Origin: an uncultured Pseudomonadales bacterium
GTDB taxonomy: Bacteria > Patescibacteriota > Microgenomatia > UBA1400 > UBA1396
Length of the DNA stretch: 64,000 nucleotides
Assembly: GCA_964511175.1 (NCBI GenBank)
Contig: CAZEEI010000003.1
Location: 77,716 to 141,715 of the forward strand
Direction: 5' to 3'
Shown here piece by piece: positions 54,804 through 64,000 of the stretch. Position numbers and translations under genes: made by a program. The first letter of the stretch is position 1, and every line of letters begins with the position of its first letter. The notes beneath the pieces are model-generated. The model was not told the origin of the DNA and searched no databases. It saw nothing but the letters and a program-made list of their open reading frames with translations.

Positions 54804-55616
54804 TTAGTGGCGTTTTAATTTATTAATTTTAGTTAATCGACGGAAATCTGGATCCCAGTGGAAGCGAAGTAAAAATGAACGGGTACGTTCGGATTTCCAA
54901 ACCACTAATGAGCCAGCCATCAGCGCGCCAAAGAAACAGAAAATCAGCCAATATACTAAGTAACTTGCCGAAAAGCGGGGGTCGGCAAAATAGTAAGCCA
55001 GAATATGAATGGCAAAACCAATCCCAAATAGTAGACGCATCGGCCGCATATATTTTTCTTGAGTTGAGACAGCGAAAAACCAAACACTAGCGAAAAAGGC
55101 TAAGCCGATAATATAACCCATAGCCAGCACCGCATAAAAAATCAACTTAGTTAATACTAAAGTAATGGGAATAAAAATATTGGTAAGCGAAAACATCACG
55201 AGTAGTATTACCAGGCTCAAATAGATGGCCGTATGAGAAATCCAAATATGAAAGGATTCGGAATGCGAAAAAAGGTCGTAGAGGGGATCTCTTTGGCGTT
55301 TTAACTCAAAGCTTTTGGTGAGCGAATGAATGACGACGAAAGCGTAAAAATAAAGAAAAATCAGCGAAAAGGCAGTGTCCAACGCAATCATTTCGCCTGG
55401 CGAAACGGTGGGGTTAATTTCGTTCTTAACTAAAAAATACAAAAAAGTTTTAAGCCAAGCAAAACCAAGTGGCACCAGAATGAAGGCAAAGAAAAATTGA
55501 ACAAAATCAAACTTAAGGATTTCCCGCCTGCCGGCACGAGGGATGAGTAGGACCACGGAAATCGAACTAAGGATAGGCAGAAGCAAAAGAACGGCTAGCA
55601 CTTGCTCATTATACAC
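54804..55616 (-). CDS. polytopic membrane protein
   Basis: about 7 hydrophobic segments; start uncertain. Confidence 0.7.
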   Translation of the reverse strand: MYNEQVLAVLLLLPILSSISVVLLIPRAGRREILKFDFVQFFFAFILVPLGFAWLKTFLYFLVKNEINPTVSPGEMIALDTAFSLIFLYFYAFVVIHSLTKSFELKRQRDPLYDLFSHSESFHIWISHTAIYLSLVILLVMFSLTNIFIPITLVLTKLIFYAVLAMGYIIGLAFFASVWFFAVSTQEKYMRPMRLLFGIGFAIHILAYYFADPRFSASYLVYWLIFCFFGALMAGSLVVWKSERTRSFLLRFHWDPDFRRLTKINKLKRH

Positions 55617-55663
55617 TGGATGAGGTAAGCTACGGCCAATTTAGAGACAGGAAAGGAGCCACG

Positions 55664-55915
55664 ATGAGTACAAGCGTGGGACGAGGTGCTAACGCAGGGG
55701 AGACAGGTGTAGCGATGGTTGATAAGGAACAGACGATTTCGACCCAAACGGGGATATACAATTTTGTCCTAAGTGTTTTGCGGTTGAATGAAACTTGGTT
55801 GGCCAAGGGCGACAGAGGTTTTCAGAGTACTGCTGAGTATATTGCGGCTGCTTTGGTGCAACGGTATAACATAACGCCGATCACTGATGCTGCTAATGTT
55901 GCTGAAAACCGATAA
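55664..55915 (+). CDS. small hypothetical protein
   Basis: AAAGGAG RBS. Confidence 0.5.
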   Translation: MSTSVGRGANAGETGVAMVDKEQTISTQTGIYNFVLSVLRLNETWLAKGDRGFQSTAEYIAAALVQRYNITPITDAANVAENR

Positions 55916-55950
55916 GAAAATATATTTTATAGATAAAGAAAGGAGTTGCG

Positions 55951-56196
55951 GTGGGTGTACAGCAAGGTGGATGCAAAGAGGAAGCGAAAGAACAAGTCTG
56001 GTCCGATTGGACGGCGGGGGAGGGTGGGGTTTCAAACTCATCGCCGGAATATGAAGACATGGTAAGCACAGTGGCTACTATTCTTTGGGATGAATCTAGA
56101 CGTTTAAATACTATTGCTGGTCGACGCGAAGTCGCCAGGGTCATCGTTTCTACCTTGGCTCATGGGAAAAACATGATGCCCGTCAAGAATCGATAG
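55951..56196 (+). CDS. small hypothetical protein
   Basis: AAAGGAG RBS, GTG start. Confidence 0.5.
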   Translation: MGVQQGGCKEEAKEQVWSDWTAGEGGVSNSSPEYEDMVSTVATILWDESRRLNTIAGRREVARVIVSTLAHGKNMMPVKNR

Positions 56197-56209
56197 AAGT
56201 ACAACGAGT

Positions 56210-57184
56210 TTATCGTCCGGTGATTAGTACGGCAAAGCCGCGGTTGGCGGCGGCGCAGGCTTGGGGAAATTCCCGGCTCTGAATGAGAGCTTGGTGACCC
56301 AGGCTTTGATCCCAACCCCACTCAACGGTTTGCACAGCAGTTTGGTAGCCGGCGGCCAGATTCTCGTTGATGTCCCGCCAGTTGGGATGGGCAGCGAAGA
56401 AAGCATCAACCTGGGGCTGAAAACCAGCGTGATTGTCCAGTTTGCCTAGCTCAAGTAATTCATTGACACGGATACTAGCCACGGTGCAGAGTTCATTGTT
56501 TTGGGTGAATAAGGGCAGATTATGTGCTTGGCGGTAGTTTTGGACGGCCTGCCATAAATCCTGGCCAGTGAAGGTTGGAGTGGCGGCAGTAGCGCGCGGC
56601 GCTGGCGAGGCCACTACTGAGTTGAACGGCGTAGATAAAGTCAGGAGCACAATGGTACCGGGTTCTCCCGCCAGCGCCGCGCTCCGGGTCGCAATACCAA
56701 AATGGCGGTAATCAGGATTAAGTACAGCACTGTCGCTGGCCAGTTGAGCCGCCCAGTCCACCGCGGTACTAGCCGGTACAAACCACAAGCGTGTATCGAT
56801 TTGGCGAGGCTGGTTGGGACTCAAACTAAGTAGCAATTCTTTAGTACTAAGTGGCGAATCAAGACTTTTGTTGTCTTCGGCCTCCAGAGTAAGCAAACGG
56901 CTTAATTTAGTCAGTGTGGTATTGGCGGTTAATGTGGCCAAATTGTGATTAACGCGCTTAGTTTGTAGGGCAGCTGCAATTGTCGCTTCCGTGGGTGGTA
57001 AGACATTAATCGGCGACGGTGAAGCAGCAGTGGGCAACTGTCTAATAATTTGCACGGTGCGGTTGAGTAAAGCAGCGGGACGTACTGCGGCAAAATGCCA
57101 ACTAGCCGCCCCCACCAAACCAAAACCCAAGCCAACCGCTATGGCAATTCCATACCAACGCGGCTGAACAGACGAGCGTTTCAT
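56210..57184 (-). CDS. CAP (SCP-like) domain protein
   Basis: N-terminal TM; NYRQAHNL, H.GF, ENLA, WDQSLGH. Confidence 0.8.
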   Translation of the reverse strand: MKRSSVQPRWYGIAIAVGLGFGLVGAASWHFAAVRPAALLNRTVQIIRQLPTAASPSPINVLPPTEATIAAALQTKRVNHNLATLTANTTLTKLSRLLTLEAEDNKSLDSPLSTKELLLSLSPNQPRQIDTRLWFVPASTAVDWAAQLASDSAVLNPDYRHFGIATRSAALAGEPGTIVLLTLSTPFNSVVASPAPRATAATPTFTGQDLWQAVQNYRQAHNLPLFTQNNELCTVASIRVNELLELGKLDNHAGFQPQVDAFFAAHPNWRDINENLAAGYQTAVQTVEWGWDQSLGHQALIQSREFPQACAAANRGFAVLITGR

Positions 57185-58008
57185 GCTGGCATGGCTTGTT
57201 GCAGTTTACGATTTGATAGTACTAGTGAGGGTTGGTACGGGCGATCGGCAGTACGGTTGTATTCCTGGACACTAGCTCCGCGCAATTCACCACTTAACCC
57301 CAACTGCGCTTGAATTTCTTGCGCCAAACTCAAGTCGGTGTAGACCTGGTCAGTAGTGGCGTGGAAAATACCAGCTGGCTTGGTAGTCAGACACCAGTCG
57401 ATTACCGGTGCCAACCACTCAATCGGCGTTAAGGTGAAAAAGTGGTCAGCAAAGAATGGTCCCGTTTTGCCAGCGCGTAAGCCGTTTGCCATTTTGTGCC
57501 AGATGTCACGTTTAGGGAACTCATCGGTACGGTAGGGAAAATTAATCCGCAGGATCGTCGCACTAGGCATCACTCCCTGTACCACCGTTTCGGCGATCGT
57601 TTTGGTTTGGCTGTACCAATCAGTGGGATTAGTGGGATCGTTTTCCGTGTAGGGTTCCGATTTAGTACCATCGAAAACGTAGCCGGTGGAAAAATGAATC
57701 AAATGTTTACCGTGCTGGGCGCACGCGGCCGCCACGTGGCGTGTACCTTCAACGTTAACTTGATAACAGCTGCCTTGGGTATCACCATTTTGTTGTTGGG
57801 CGGCGTTAACATCAGTAAAGGCTGCCAAATGTAGGACGCACTCGGCGGGTGACGCGGTAATAGCGCTATTAACACTAGCGGCGTCTAGAATATTAACGCC
57901 GCTACTTAAATCAAGGTTGGTAAACTGGTAACGATTGGCCAGCAACTCAACTAACCGCGAACCAACTAAACCGGAGAGGCCGGTTCCCAACACTGGTATT
58001 AAAGCCAT
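57181..58008 (-). CDS. rfbD: dTDP-4-dehydrorhamnose reductase
   Basis: GLSGLVG, HLAAFTDV, STGYVFDG, Y...K; follows rfbB. Confidence 0.85.
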   Translation of the reverse strand: MALIPVLGTGLSGLVGSRLVELLANRYQFTNLDLSSGVNILDAASVNSAITASPAECVLHLAAFTDVNAAQQQNGDTQGSCYQVNVEGTRHVAAACAQHGKHLIHFSTGYVFDGTKSEPYTENDPTNPTDWYSQTKTIAETVVQGVMPSATILRINFPYRTDEFPKRDIWHKMANGLRAGKTGPFFADHFFTLTPIEWLAPVIDWCLTTKPAGIFHATTDQVYTDLSLAQEIQAQLGLSGELRGASVQEYNRTADRPYQPSLVLSNRKLQQAMPA

Positions 58009-58010
58009 AA

Positions 58011-59027
58011 CTAAACCCTTCCCTGGTACTGTTGTTGGTAATACTGTTGGTAATCGCCAGATTTGACCCGTCGCCACCAATCAGCATGGTCGCGGTACCA
58101 CTGTACAGTTTGGCGCAGACCTTCCTCTAGACTAACGGTGGGAGACCAACCCAACTCATGGTTGATTTTGCTCCAGTCCATGGCGTAGCGACGGTCGTGT
58201 CCAGGACGGTCCGGTACAAACTCAATTTGATCTTCGCTGTGATCCATGAGCTGCAGAATAATTTTAATTAATTCGAGATTAGAAACGTCGCTGGTTAAGC
58301 CGCCTACCAGGTAAGTTTGGCCGACTTGGCCTTTGAGCAGAACGGCCTCGATCGCTCGGCAGTGATCTTCGACATACAGCCAGTCGCGTACATTCAGCCC
58401 ATCGCCGTAGACTGGCACTTTTTTCCCCTCCAGTAAATTAGTGATGGCCAGCGGAATCAGCTTTTCCGGAAAATGGTAGGGGCCATAATTATTGGTGCAG
58501 TTGGTTAAAGTGAAAGGTAAGCCATAAGTGTCGTGGTAAGCTCGCACCAAATGATCCGAACCAGCCTTGGAAGCGGCGTAGGGACTATGCGGATTGTAGT
58601 TGGTAGTTTCATTAAATTTGGCCGTCGAATTCAGTTCCAGTGAACCAAATACTTCGTCAGTGGAAATATGGTGGAAACGCTTAACTTGGTTTTTCAGAGC
58701 CGCGTCCAGCAGAACCTGGGTACCGACGATATTGGTGGTGACAAAATCGCCGGGATTAAGGATGGAGCGGTCGACGTGACTTTCTGCCGCAAAATGGACT
58801 ACCGTATCAATGCCGGTCATGGCTTGATTAACGGCTTGCGGATCGCGGATGTCTCCTTGGATGAAACGGTAATTGGGCTGATTCTGGACGTCCGCTAGAT
58901 TCTCCAGATTACCGGCGTAGGTTAGGGCGTCAAAGTTGACGATTTCGTCTTCCGGATGATGTTTGAGCCAGTACAAAATGAAGTTGGAGCCAATAAAACC
59001 TGCCCCGCCGGTGACCAGTAAACGCAT
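58011..59027 (-). CDS. rfbB: dTDP-glucose 4,6-dehydratase
   Basis: GGAGFIG, AAESHVDRS, STDEVFG, PYAASK, DRPGHDRRY. Confidence 0.96.
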   Translation of the reverse strand: MRLLVTGGAGFIGSNFILYWLKHHPEDEIVNFDALTYAGNLENLADVQNQPNYRFIQGDIRDPQAVNQAMTGIDTVVHFAAESHVDRSILNPGDFVTTNIVGTQVLLDAALKNQVKRFHHISTDEVFGSLELNSTAKFNETTNYNPHSPYAASKAGSDHLVRAYHDTYGLPFTLTNCTNNYGPYHFPEKLIPLAITNLLEGKKVPVYGDGLNVRDWLYVEDHCRAIEAVLLKGQVGQTYLVGGLTSDVSNLELIKIILQLMDHSEDQIEFVPDRPGHDRRYAMDWSKINHELGWSPTVSLEEGLRQTVQWYRDHADWWRRVKSGDYQQYYQQQYQGRV

Positions 59028-59110
59028 AGTTCTCCTTAATTATCTCTATTTCGGAGTATAGCAGTTTCTGGTTTTTGCAGAGAGTTTAACCGAGATTTGC
59101 GTACCTCTAG

Positions 59111-59249
59111 TAATAGTCCGTTTGTTGTCGAATCTAAAGGTTTTCTCTCTGGGCCTAGAGCACAAACAATCTTTTTTCCATGTAGTAGTGTACTAATACA
59201 AGAAAAACACTTGTTAAGCCTTGGTAGGTAATGCTACAATCCCGCCATG
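59111..59249. repeat. ~138-bp dispersed upstream element, copy 2
   Basis: aligns with 10345-10485. Confidence 0.9.
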
Positions 59250-60865
59250 ACTTTTGGTTCTCCCGAAAAGGTGCATCCAACCACCAAAAGACGTCTCCTT
59301 TCCCGTCACTCTCTAACTAATTTTCACCCCGAAATCAAGCTTAATCTTAGAGGAAGTCGTCTTCCTCGTTTTCTCTTGGCTGGTTTAATCACCGTCCTAG
59401 GTGGTATTGCCTTAGATGCTAGTAGCAACAGTGCTTCTGCCCAAAGTGACGTTTATCCACTAAGTGTTTCTGGCTACTGTAACAACACCCTAGGTATAGG
59501 AGGAGATCCCTTTGTTTCTCCGGCAGATAACCTTTGGCATTGTGCTAACGGTAGACTGGTAGAACTAGCTCTAATTTGTAAGATTCAACACTCCTTTGAT
59601 CACCATCCCTACAATCCAGATCCCTCTAATCCCTACTCCTGGGGCTGTACAACTAACCCTAATCTCTATACCAGCCAACCAGCACCTTTGGTAGTAGTAC
59701 CAGAGTATCCCGTCTCCCCAGATAATAACTACCCATCTTCTCCAGCAGATGGTAATACCGCCAGTAATTCCCCACCCGAAGCTAATCTTCCCTCAACTAG
59801 CTCTGGTAGTGTCCCAAATTTTGCTGATTTCTGTGCTCACTTAGGTAAAGGTGCTGCCTATAACCCTCCCGGTAGTAGAGATTACTACTGTGATGGTTAC
59901 TCCCTAATTATTTCCCCAGATGAAGTCTGTCGCTATGATTATCCTGGTAGCCATCGGTTAACCCTAACGTTATGAATGCTAATGGTTGGACCTGTGAAGG
60001 AGGAAGTGCAAACAGTAACCCACCAAATAACAATACTGTTCCCAATAACCCAGCAGCCAGCAATACTCCCTCCAATGCGATCGAGATTGGCGCAGTTGGT
60101 AATAGTGGCAATGATCCAGTTTTCGCCACCGAAAATCTAACCTGTTCTGCTACTTATCTAACTATCGGGGACATAGCCATTGTTAGTCCGATTAATGACA
60201 GTGTGAACCTACGTAGTAGAGCGGATCTTGGTGGCTCTATTCTAACTACCGTCCCTAAGAATACCCTTTTGACAGTAATCGGCAGTGCTACTTGTTCTAA
60301 TGGTCGGACTTGGTATGAAACTCAGTACAACGGTCTTACCGGTTACGTTGCTGAGGTTGGACCAGCTGGACAAAGAAATCTGCTAAAGAATGGTGAGATT
60401 TTGCCGACCACTACAACCAATAACACTAATTCTTCCTCAACAGATTCCAGTTGGTTTCCAGAGTTAGAAACTAAACAATCAGTGATTGAGACAGGTAAAT
60501 CAGGAGTGGATGGTACAGAATCAAAACTACCTCCAATAACTTTCGAGTTTCCATACGAGTTTAAACCACTAGCCCTTTATGTCATGGACGAATTTAAGGT
60601 AAATTGGTCGACTGCCGTTGATCGAATTATGAACTCGATGCAGTTTATGACTAGTTGTGGCATGCTTACTTTGCAGGCAACAGCAGCTATTACCGAAGTT
60701 GCCGGAACATTGACGGCTGGTACTCCCCCAGGCCAAGCAGCGACCATTATCTCTGCTGCCATTTTAAATAACACAGATGTTACCCTCGCCGATGATTTAG
60801 CAAATTGTGCGATAGATATAGATGAATTCTCACATGATATATATGACATATGGAAAGGGGAGTAA
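59247..60865 (+). pseudogene. secreted Cys-repeat + SH3b protein split by a 1-nt frameshift near 59958
   Basis: adding one G restores SHAVNPNVMNANGWTC, matching paralog SHAVSDNYLDPFSWQC; SH3b VNLRS...WY....G.TGYV. Confidence 0.7.
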
Positions 60866-61290
60866 ACCTGACGATAACCCCCATTATTGTAAAAGCTTCC
60901 AAACAGTACAATGTTCTTTTTAGAATATTGTTTGCTATTTTTTATTTATACTCTGGAACAAGGATTATGTTTAATTTTTTAAATCTACATTTTTCTGGCC
61001 GGGATTTTTCTCGTACGACCATAATTTTAGGAGTATTTCCCTGGGTTATTACCCATTTTGCGGCTGTTATAAGATTATTATTTGGTAAAAAATATTCAGC
61101 TTGGTCCACTAGCATGTCGGCAAGTTTAATTGTACTTGCTTTATTTATCCCCTCATTAGTTAGAGGTAAATTGCCATTTGATGACACAATGAAGCAAATT
61201 ATTTTGTTGCACTCAGTCGGAGCGATTGGATCAGTATATTTTTACTATAAGGAGAGGAGTTTAGAAAATTCGGAGTGCAAAAAACAGTAG
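60850..61290 (+). CDS. small 4-TM membrane protein
   Basis: AT-rich, four hydrophobic segments, overlaps upstream stop. Confidence 0.65.
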   Translation: MERGVNLTITPIIVKASKQYNVLFRILFAIFYLYSGTRIMFNFLNLHFSGRDFSRTTIILGVFPWVITHFAAVIRLLFGKKYSAWSTSMSASLIVLALFIPSLVRGKLPFDDTMKQIILLHSVGAIGSVYFYYKERSLENSECKKQ

Positions 61291-61406
61291 TTGGTTTTGA
61301 TCAATGAGATTGATTGAAAGAAAAATATTTAAACTACTTTTAAGTAAGTTCATCACTTGAAGGCGAGGCTAGTTACGTGTAGGGTTACTCTTACACGAGT
61401 ACACCT

Positions 61407-62519
61407 ATGCCGAAACCATCTCAACCAGTTTTGCCAAAAGTGGCGGTGGCCATCATCTCTTATAACACTGCGGCCTTGACCGCGCGGGCGGTACAAACAG
61501 TCTTGGCTTCCGAGGGAGTAGAGCTGACTGTTTTAGTAATCGATAATCATTCGACCGACCGCACTTTATCCAGCTTGCGGCGCCGTTTTCAGGTTAAGCC
61601 CGACCAAGCGGCGTTACTTGATTTGCAGACTAAAGTGAATGAGCCGCGGTTAAATGATCTTTTTCCCAAGGTAGGGGCGGATGGCCAACTGATTGAAGCA
61701 ATCGAAACGGCCACTCTGGGTCAACACGAACTTAAAGTGCTTTTGGCCAGTGAAAACCTTGGTTTTGGCCGAGCTAATAACTTAGCAGCCGCCTGGACGT
61801 TGACCGATTGGGTTCTTTTTCTCAATAGTGATACCGAAGTCAAACCGGGGACGATTCTGAATCTAGTCCATCAGTTCCAACGTGTGGCTGGCCAGTCCGA
61901 TCCCAAAACGGCAGTAACTAGCTACTGGCAGAGGCGATTGGATAATCTGGGTATTTTAGCGGCCAAGCTATTGAATCCGGATGGTTCCCTCCAGCGGCAG
62001 GGCGGTGCCCTGCCGCGTCTGAGCAACCTTTTTTGGTGGGCTACGCTGGTAGATGATTTCCCCGGTGTTAACCGTTTGTTCAATTCTTACCAGCACCACT
62101 TAGCCGAGATGCGCGCCATTGCTCGTCGTCCCCTGACCAAAGTGGGGTGGGTAGGTGGTACTGCCATGATGGTTAGCCGTCCTTGCTTGGCGGAAGTGGG
62201 TGGTTTTGATCCAGCCATTTTTATGTACGGTGAGGATATCGATTTATGTTGGCGGGCCACCCAGCGCCATTGGGACGTGGCGATTACTTCGGAAGCGGAG
62301 GTAATCCATTGGGGTTCGGCCAGTAGTTCGGCTAAACAAGCCATCTTGGGCGAAATTAAAGCGCTGGTATATTTGTGGGAAAAATACCACAATCGTTCCG
62401 AGGTGCGGTTGCTCAAAATGATTCTGCGCCTTGGTCTCCGTTGGCGCATACTAATCTTTGGTATACTGCATCGGTATGGCCAACAAAGGATTTATCATGA
62501 AGCTCTGGCGCTGGTTTGA
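61407..62519 (+). CDS. glycosyltransferase family 2 (rhamnosyltransferase-like)
   Basis: IISYN, IDN.S.D, NLGFGRANN, FLNSD, FMYGEDIDLC. Confidence 0.9.
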   Translation: MPKPSQPVLPKVAVAIISYNTAALTARAVQTVLASEGVELTVLVIDNHSTDRTLSSLRRRFQVKPDQAALLDLQTKVNEPRLNDLFPKVGADGQLIEAIETATLGQHELKVLLASENLGFGRANNLAAAWTLTDWVLFLNSDTEVKPGTILNLVHQFQRVAGQSDPKTAVTSYWQRRLDNLGILAAKLLNPDGSLQRQGGALPRLSNLFWWATLVDDFPGVNRLFNSYQHHLAEMRAIARRPLTKVGWVGGTAMMVSRPCLAEVGGFDPAIFMYGEDIDLCWRATQRHWDVAITSEAEVIHWGSASSSAKQAILGEIKALVYLWEKYHNRSEVRLLKMILRLGLRWRILIFGILHRYGQQRIYHEALALV

Positions 62520-64000
62520 CGATAACTTCCTTCTACTGGCAACCGGTTTTTTGCTAGCTTTCATTCCGCTTTATCCTAAGATTCCACTCGGTGAAATAAT
62601 TCCGGGTTACATTGTCCGGGTACGTTTGGAAGATATTGTAATTTTAGCCGTTTTCGCCTGGTTGTTATGGCAGTTGGCCCGGCGCAAGGCAGCCTGGCGC
62701 ACGCCGCTGAGTTTGAGTATTCTTTTGTATTTGGCAGTTGGTTTAGTTTCCAATTTAGTCGGAGTATTGGTAATCCATACCATTCCCGCTCAGTTGCTCC
62801 ACATTGGCAAATCGACCTTACACTGGCTACGTCACATTGAGTACTTTTCCCTATTTTTTGTCGCCTACAACGCCGTACGCACTAAGCGCCAGGCTTTTGC
62901 CTTAATTCTCGTATCGATGTTTACGCTATTGTCAGTGGGAATATATGGTTATGGCCAGAAATATCTTTACTGGCCGGTTTATTCGACCATGAACCGCGAG
63001 TTCAGTAAAGGTCTGCGTCTTTACTTGAGCGAATTTGCCCGGGTCCAATCCACTTTTGCGGGACATTATGATTTGGGTGCCTATCTGGTAATTATTTTGC
63101 CTCTAATGATCGCTTTTTTCTTTGCTCTGGGTAAAAATCAATCCTGGCGTGATTTATTATCCCCACGTTGGCAGAAGGTTTGCCGCTGGTTCTTCCTGGC
63201 TGGTTGGCTGATCGGTTTGTGGTTGATGGCGGCTTCCGCTTCCCGCGCCTCCTTTATTGCTTACGTACTAGGTCTGGCGATTTTAATTGGTCTTTTCACT
63301 CTACGTCGTTCCTGGCGGTGGGGTTTGACACGGGGCTTTAGTACTTTGCTGGTAAGCTTAGTGATTATTTTAGTGGTGGGCGAACTGCCATCGCGTTTTG
63401 GCCAACTCATTGATCAAAACAAACATCCACAATTGCACAAGGTCTACCACACTTTCAACGACTATGTGCAACATCCCAATAAACTTTTGGGACTTAGTTT
63501 CCTGGCTCAGGCTCCACAGGGGGGTATGAGTGTTGAGGATTACGAGCGCAGCTTGCGAGAGCAAGGTATGACCCGCAGCGATACCCAGCCGGCCACCAGA
63601 CCGCAGGATGTGGTGACTAATGTGCCGGAACAGGTTTTTGAGGTTGGCGACCCGCAGGCCACCCTCGCCGCCAATCTGGTTCAATACGGCAACCAATTAG
63701 TGCAGGAACGTACCTACTCAGACTGTGCTTTGTCGCGTAGTCTATCTCTTTGTATTCGTTTTGAAACACTTTGGCCGCGCGCCATTCGGGGTTTTCTCAA
63801 CGATCCTTTATTCGGCTCGGGATACGCTACGTTAACCAAAGAGACAGTGGAGCAATTCACCGAGGCGGAAAGTACGGATAATAACTTCCTGCGCACGTTG
63901 GGCGAAAACGGGGCAGTAGGTTTCTTCTTTTACTATGGCTCGATTGGCTTGTCGCTGTGGTACGCCTGGCAGGCTTACCGCCGCAGTGTCCAGGATCCTT
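62476..64000 (+). CDS. O-antigen ligase-like membrane protein (partial, runs off window)
   Basis: not in ORF track; FIPLYPKIP, RVQSTFAGHYD, STDNNFLRTLGE; start 62476 or 62497. Confidence 0.8.
   Translation, partial: MANKGFIMKLWRWFDDNFLLLATGFLLAFIPLYPKIPLGEIIPGYIVRVRLEDIVILAVFAWLLWQLARRKAAWRTPLSLSILLYLAVGLVSNLVGVLVIHTIPAQLLHIGKSTLHWLRHIEYFSLFFVAYNAVRTKRQAFALILVSMFTLLSVGIYGYGQKYLYWPVYSTMNREFSKGLRLYLSEFARVQSTFAGHYDLGAYLVIILPLMIAFFFALGKNQSWRDLLSPRWQKVCRWFFLAGWLIGLWLMAASASRASFIAYVLGLAILIGLFTLRRSWRWGLTRGFSTLLVSLVIILVVGELPSRFGQLIDQNKHPQLHKVYHTFNDYVQHPNKLLGLSFLAQAPQGGMSVEDYERSLREQGMTRSDTQPATRPQDVVTNVPEQVFEVGDPQATLAANLVQYGNQLVQERTYSDCALSRSLSLCIRFETLWPRAIRGFLNDPLFGSGYATLTKETVEQFTEAESTDNNFLRTLGENGAVGFFFYYGSIGLSLWYAWQAYRRSVQDP

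Noticed and set aside
118-63896. Numerous short ORFs antisense to or nested in identified genes
   Set aside because: Shadow frames of well-supported CDSs with no motifs or start signals

Overview
Bacterial chromosomal window whose gene content and style point to a Patescibacteria/CPR genome, probably Microgenomates-like (inference). Housekeeping genes: a UvrD-type helicase-nuclease, pcrA, tpiA, FemABX, LCP, tsaD, a TsaC-TsaE fusion, thrS, polyprenyl synthase, lon, rny, hup, rpsO, pnp, UDG, rnj, malic enzyme, rfbB/rfbD and glycosyltransferases. These alternate with short accessory islets. RNA and mobile features: two tRNAs, a compact T-box before thrS, a probable 6S RNA before rny, one complete IS (TIRs, 9-bp TSD) at the tRNA-CAT 3' end, and two copies of an ~80-bp REPIN-like palindrome. 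No rRNA, CRISPR or integrase seen. The most unusual signals are non-coding. (1) A twice-repeated minus-strand module at 47996-48941 pairs a 66-nt D-armless tRNA-like RNA (Ala-type acceptor, Asp-like anticodon region) with a separately promoted ~65-nt sRNA, bracketing a cargo gene in a cluster of four phosphohydrolases. (2) A ~138-bp element sits directly before two unrelated accessory genes 49 kb apart. (3) Leaderless -10-to-start architecture is pervasive. All calls are by eye; no database search was run.
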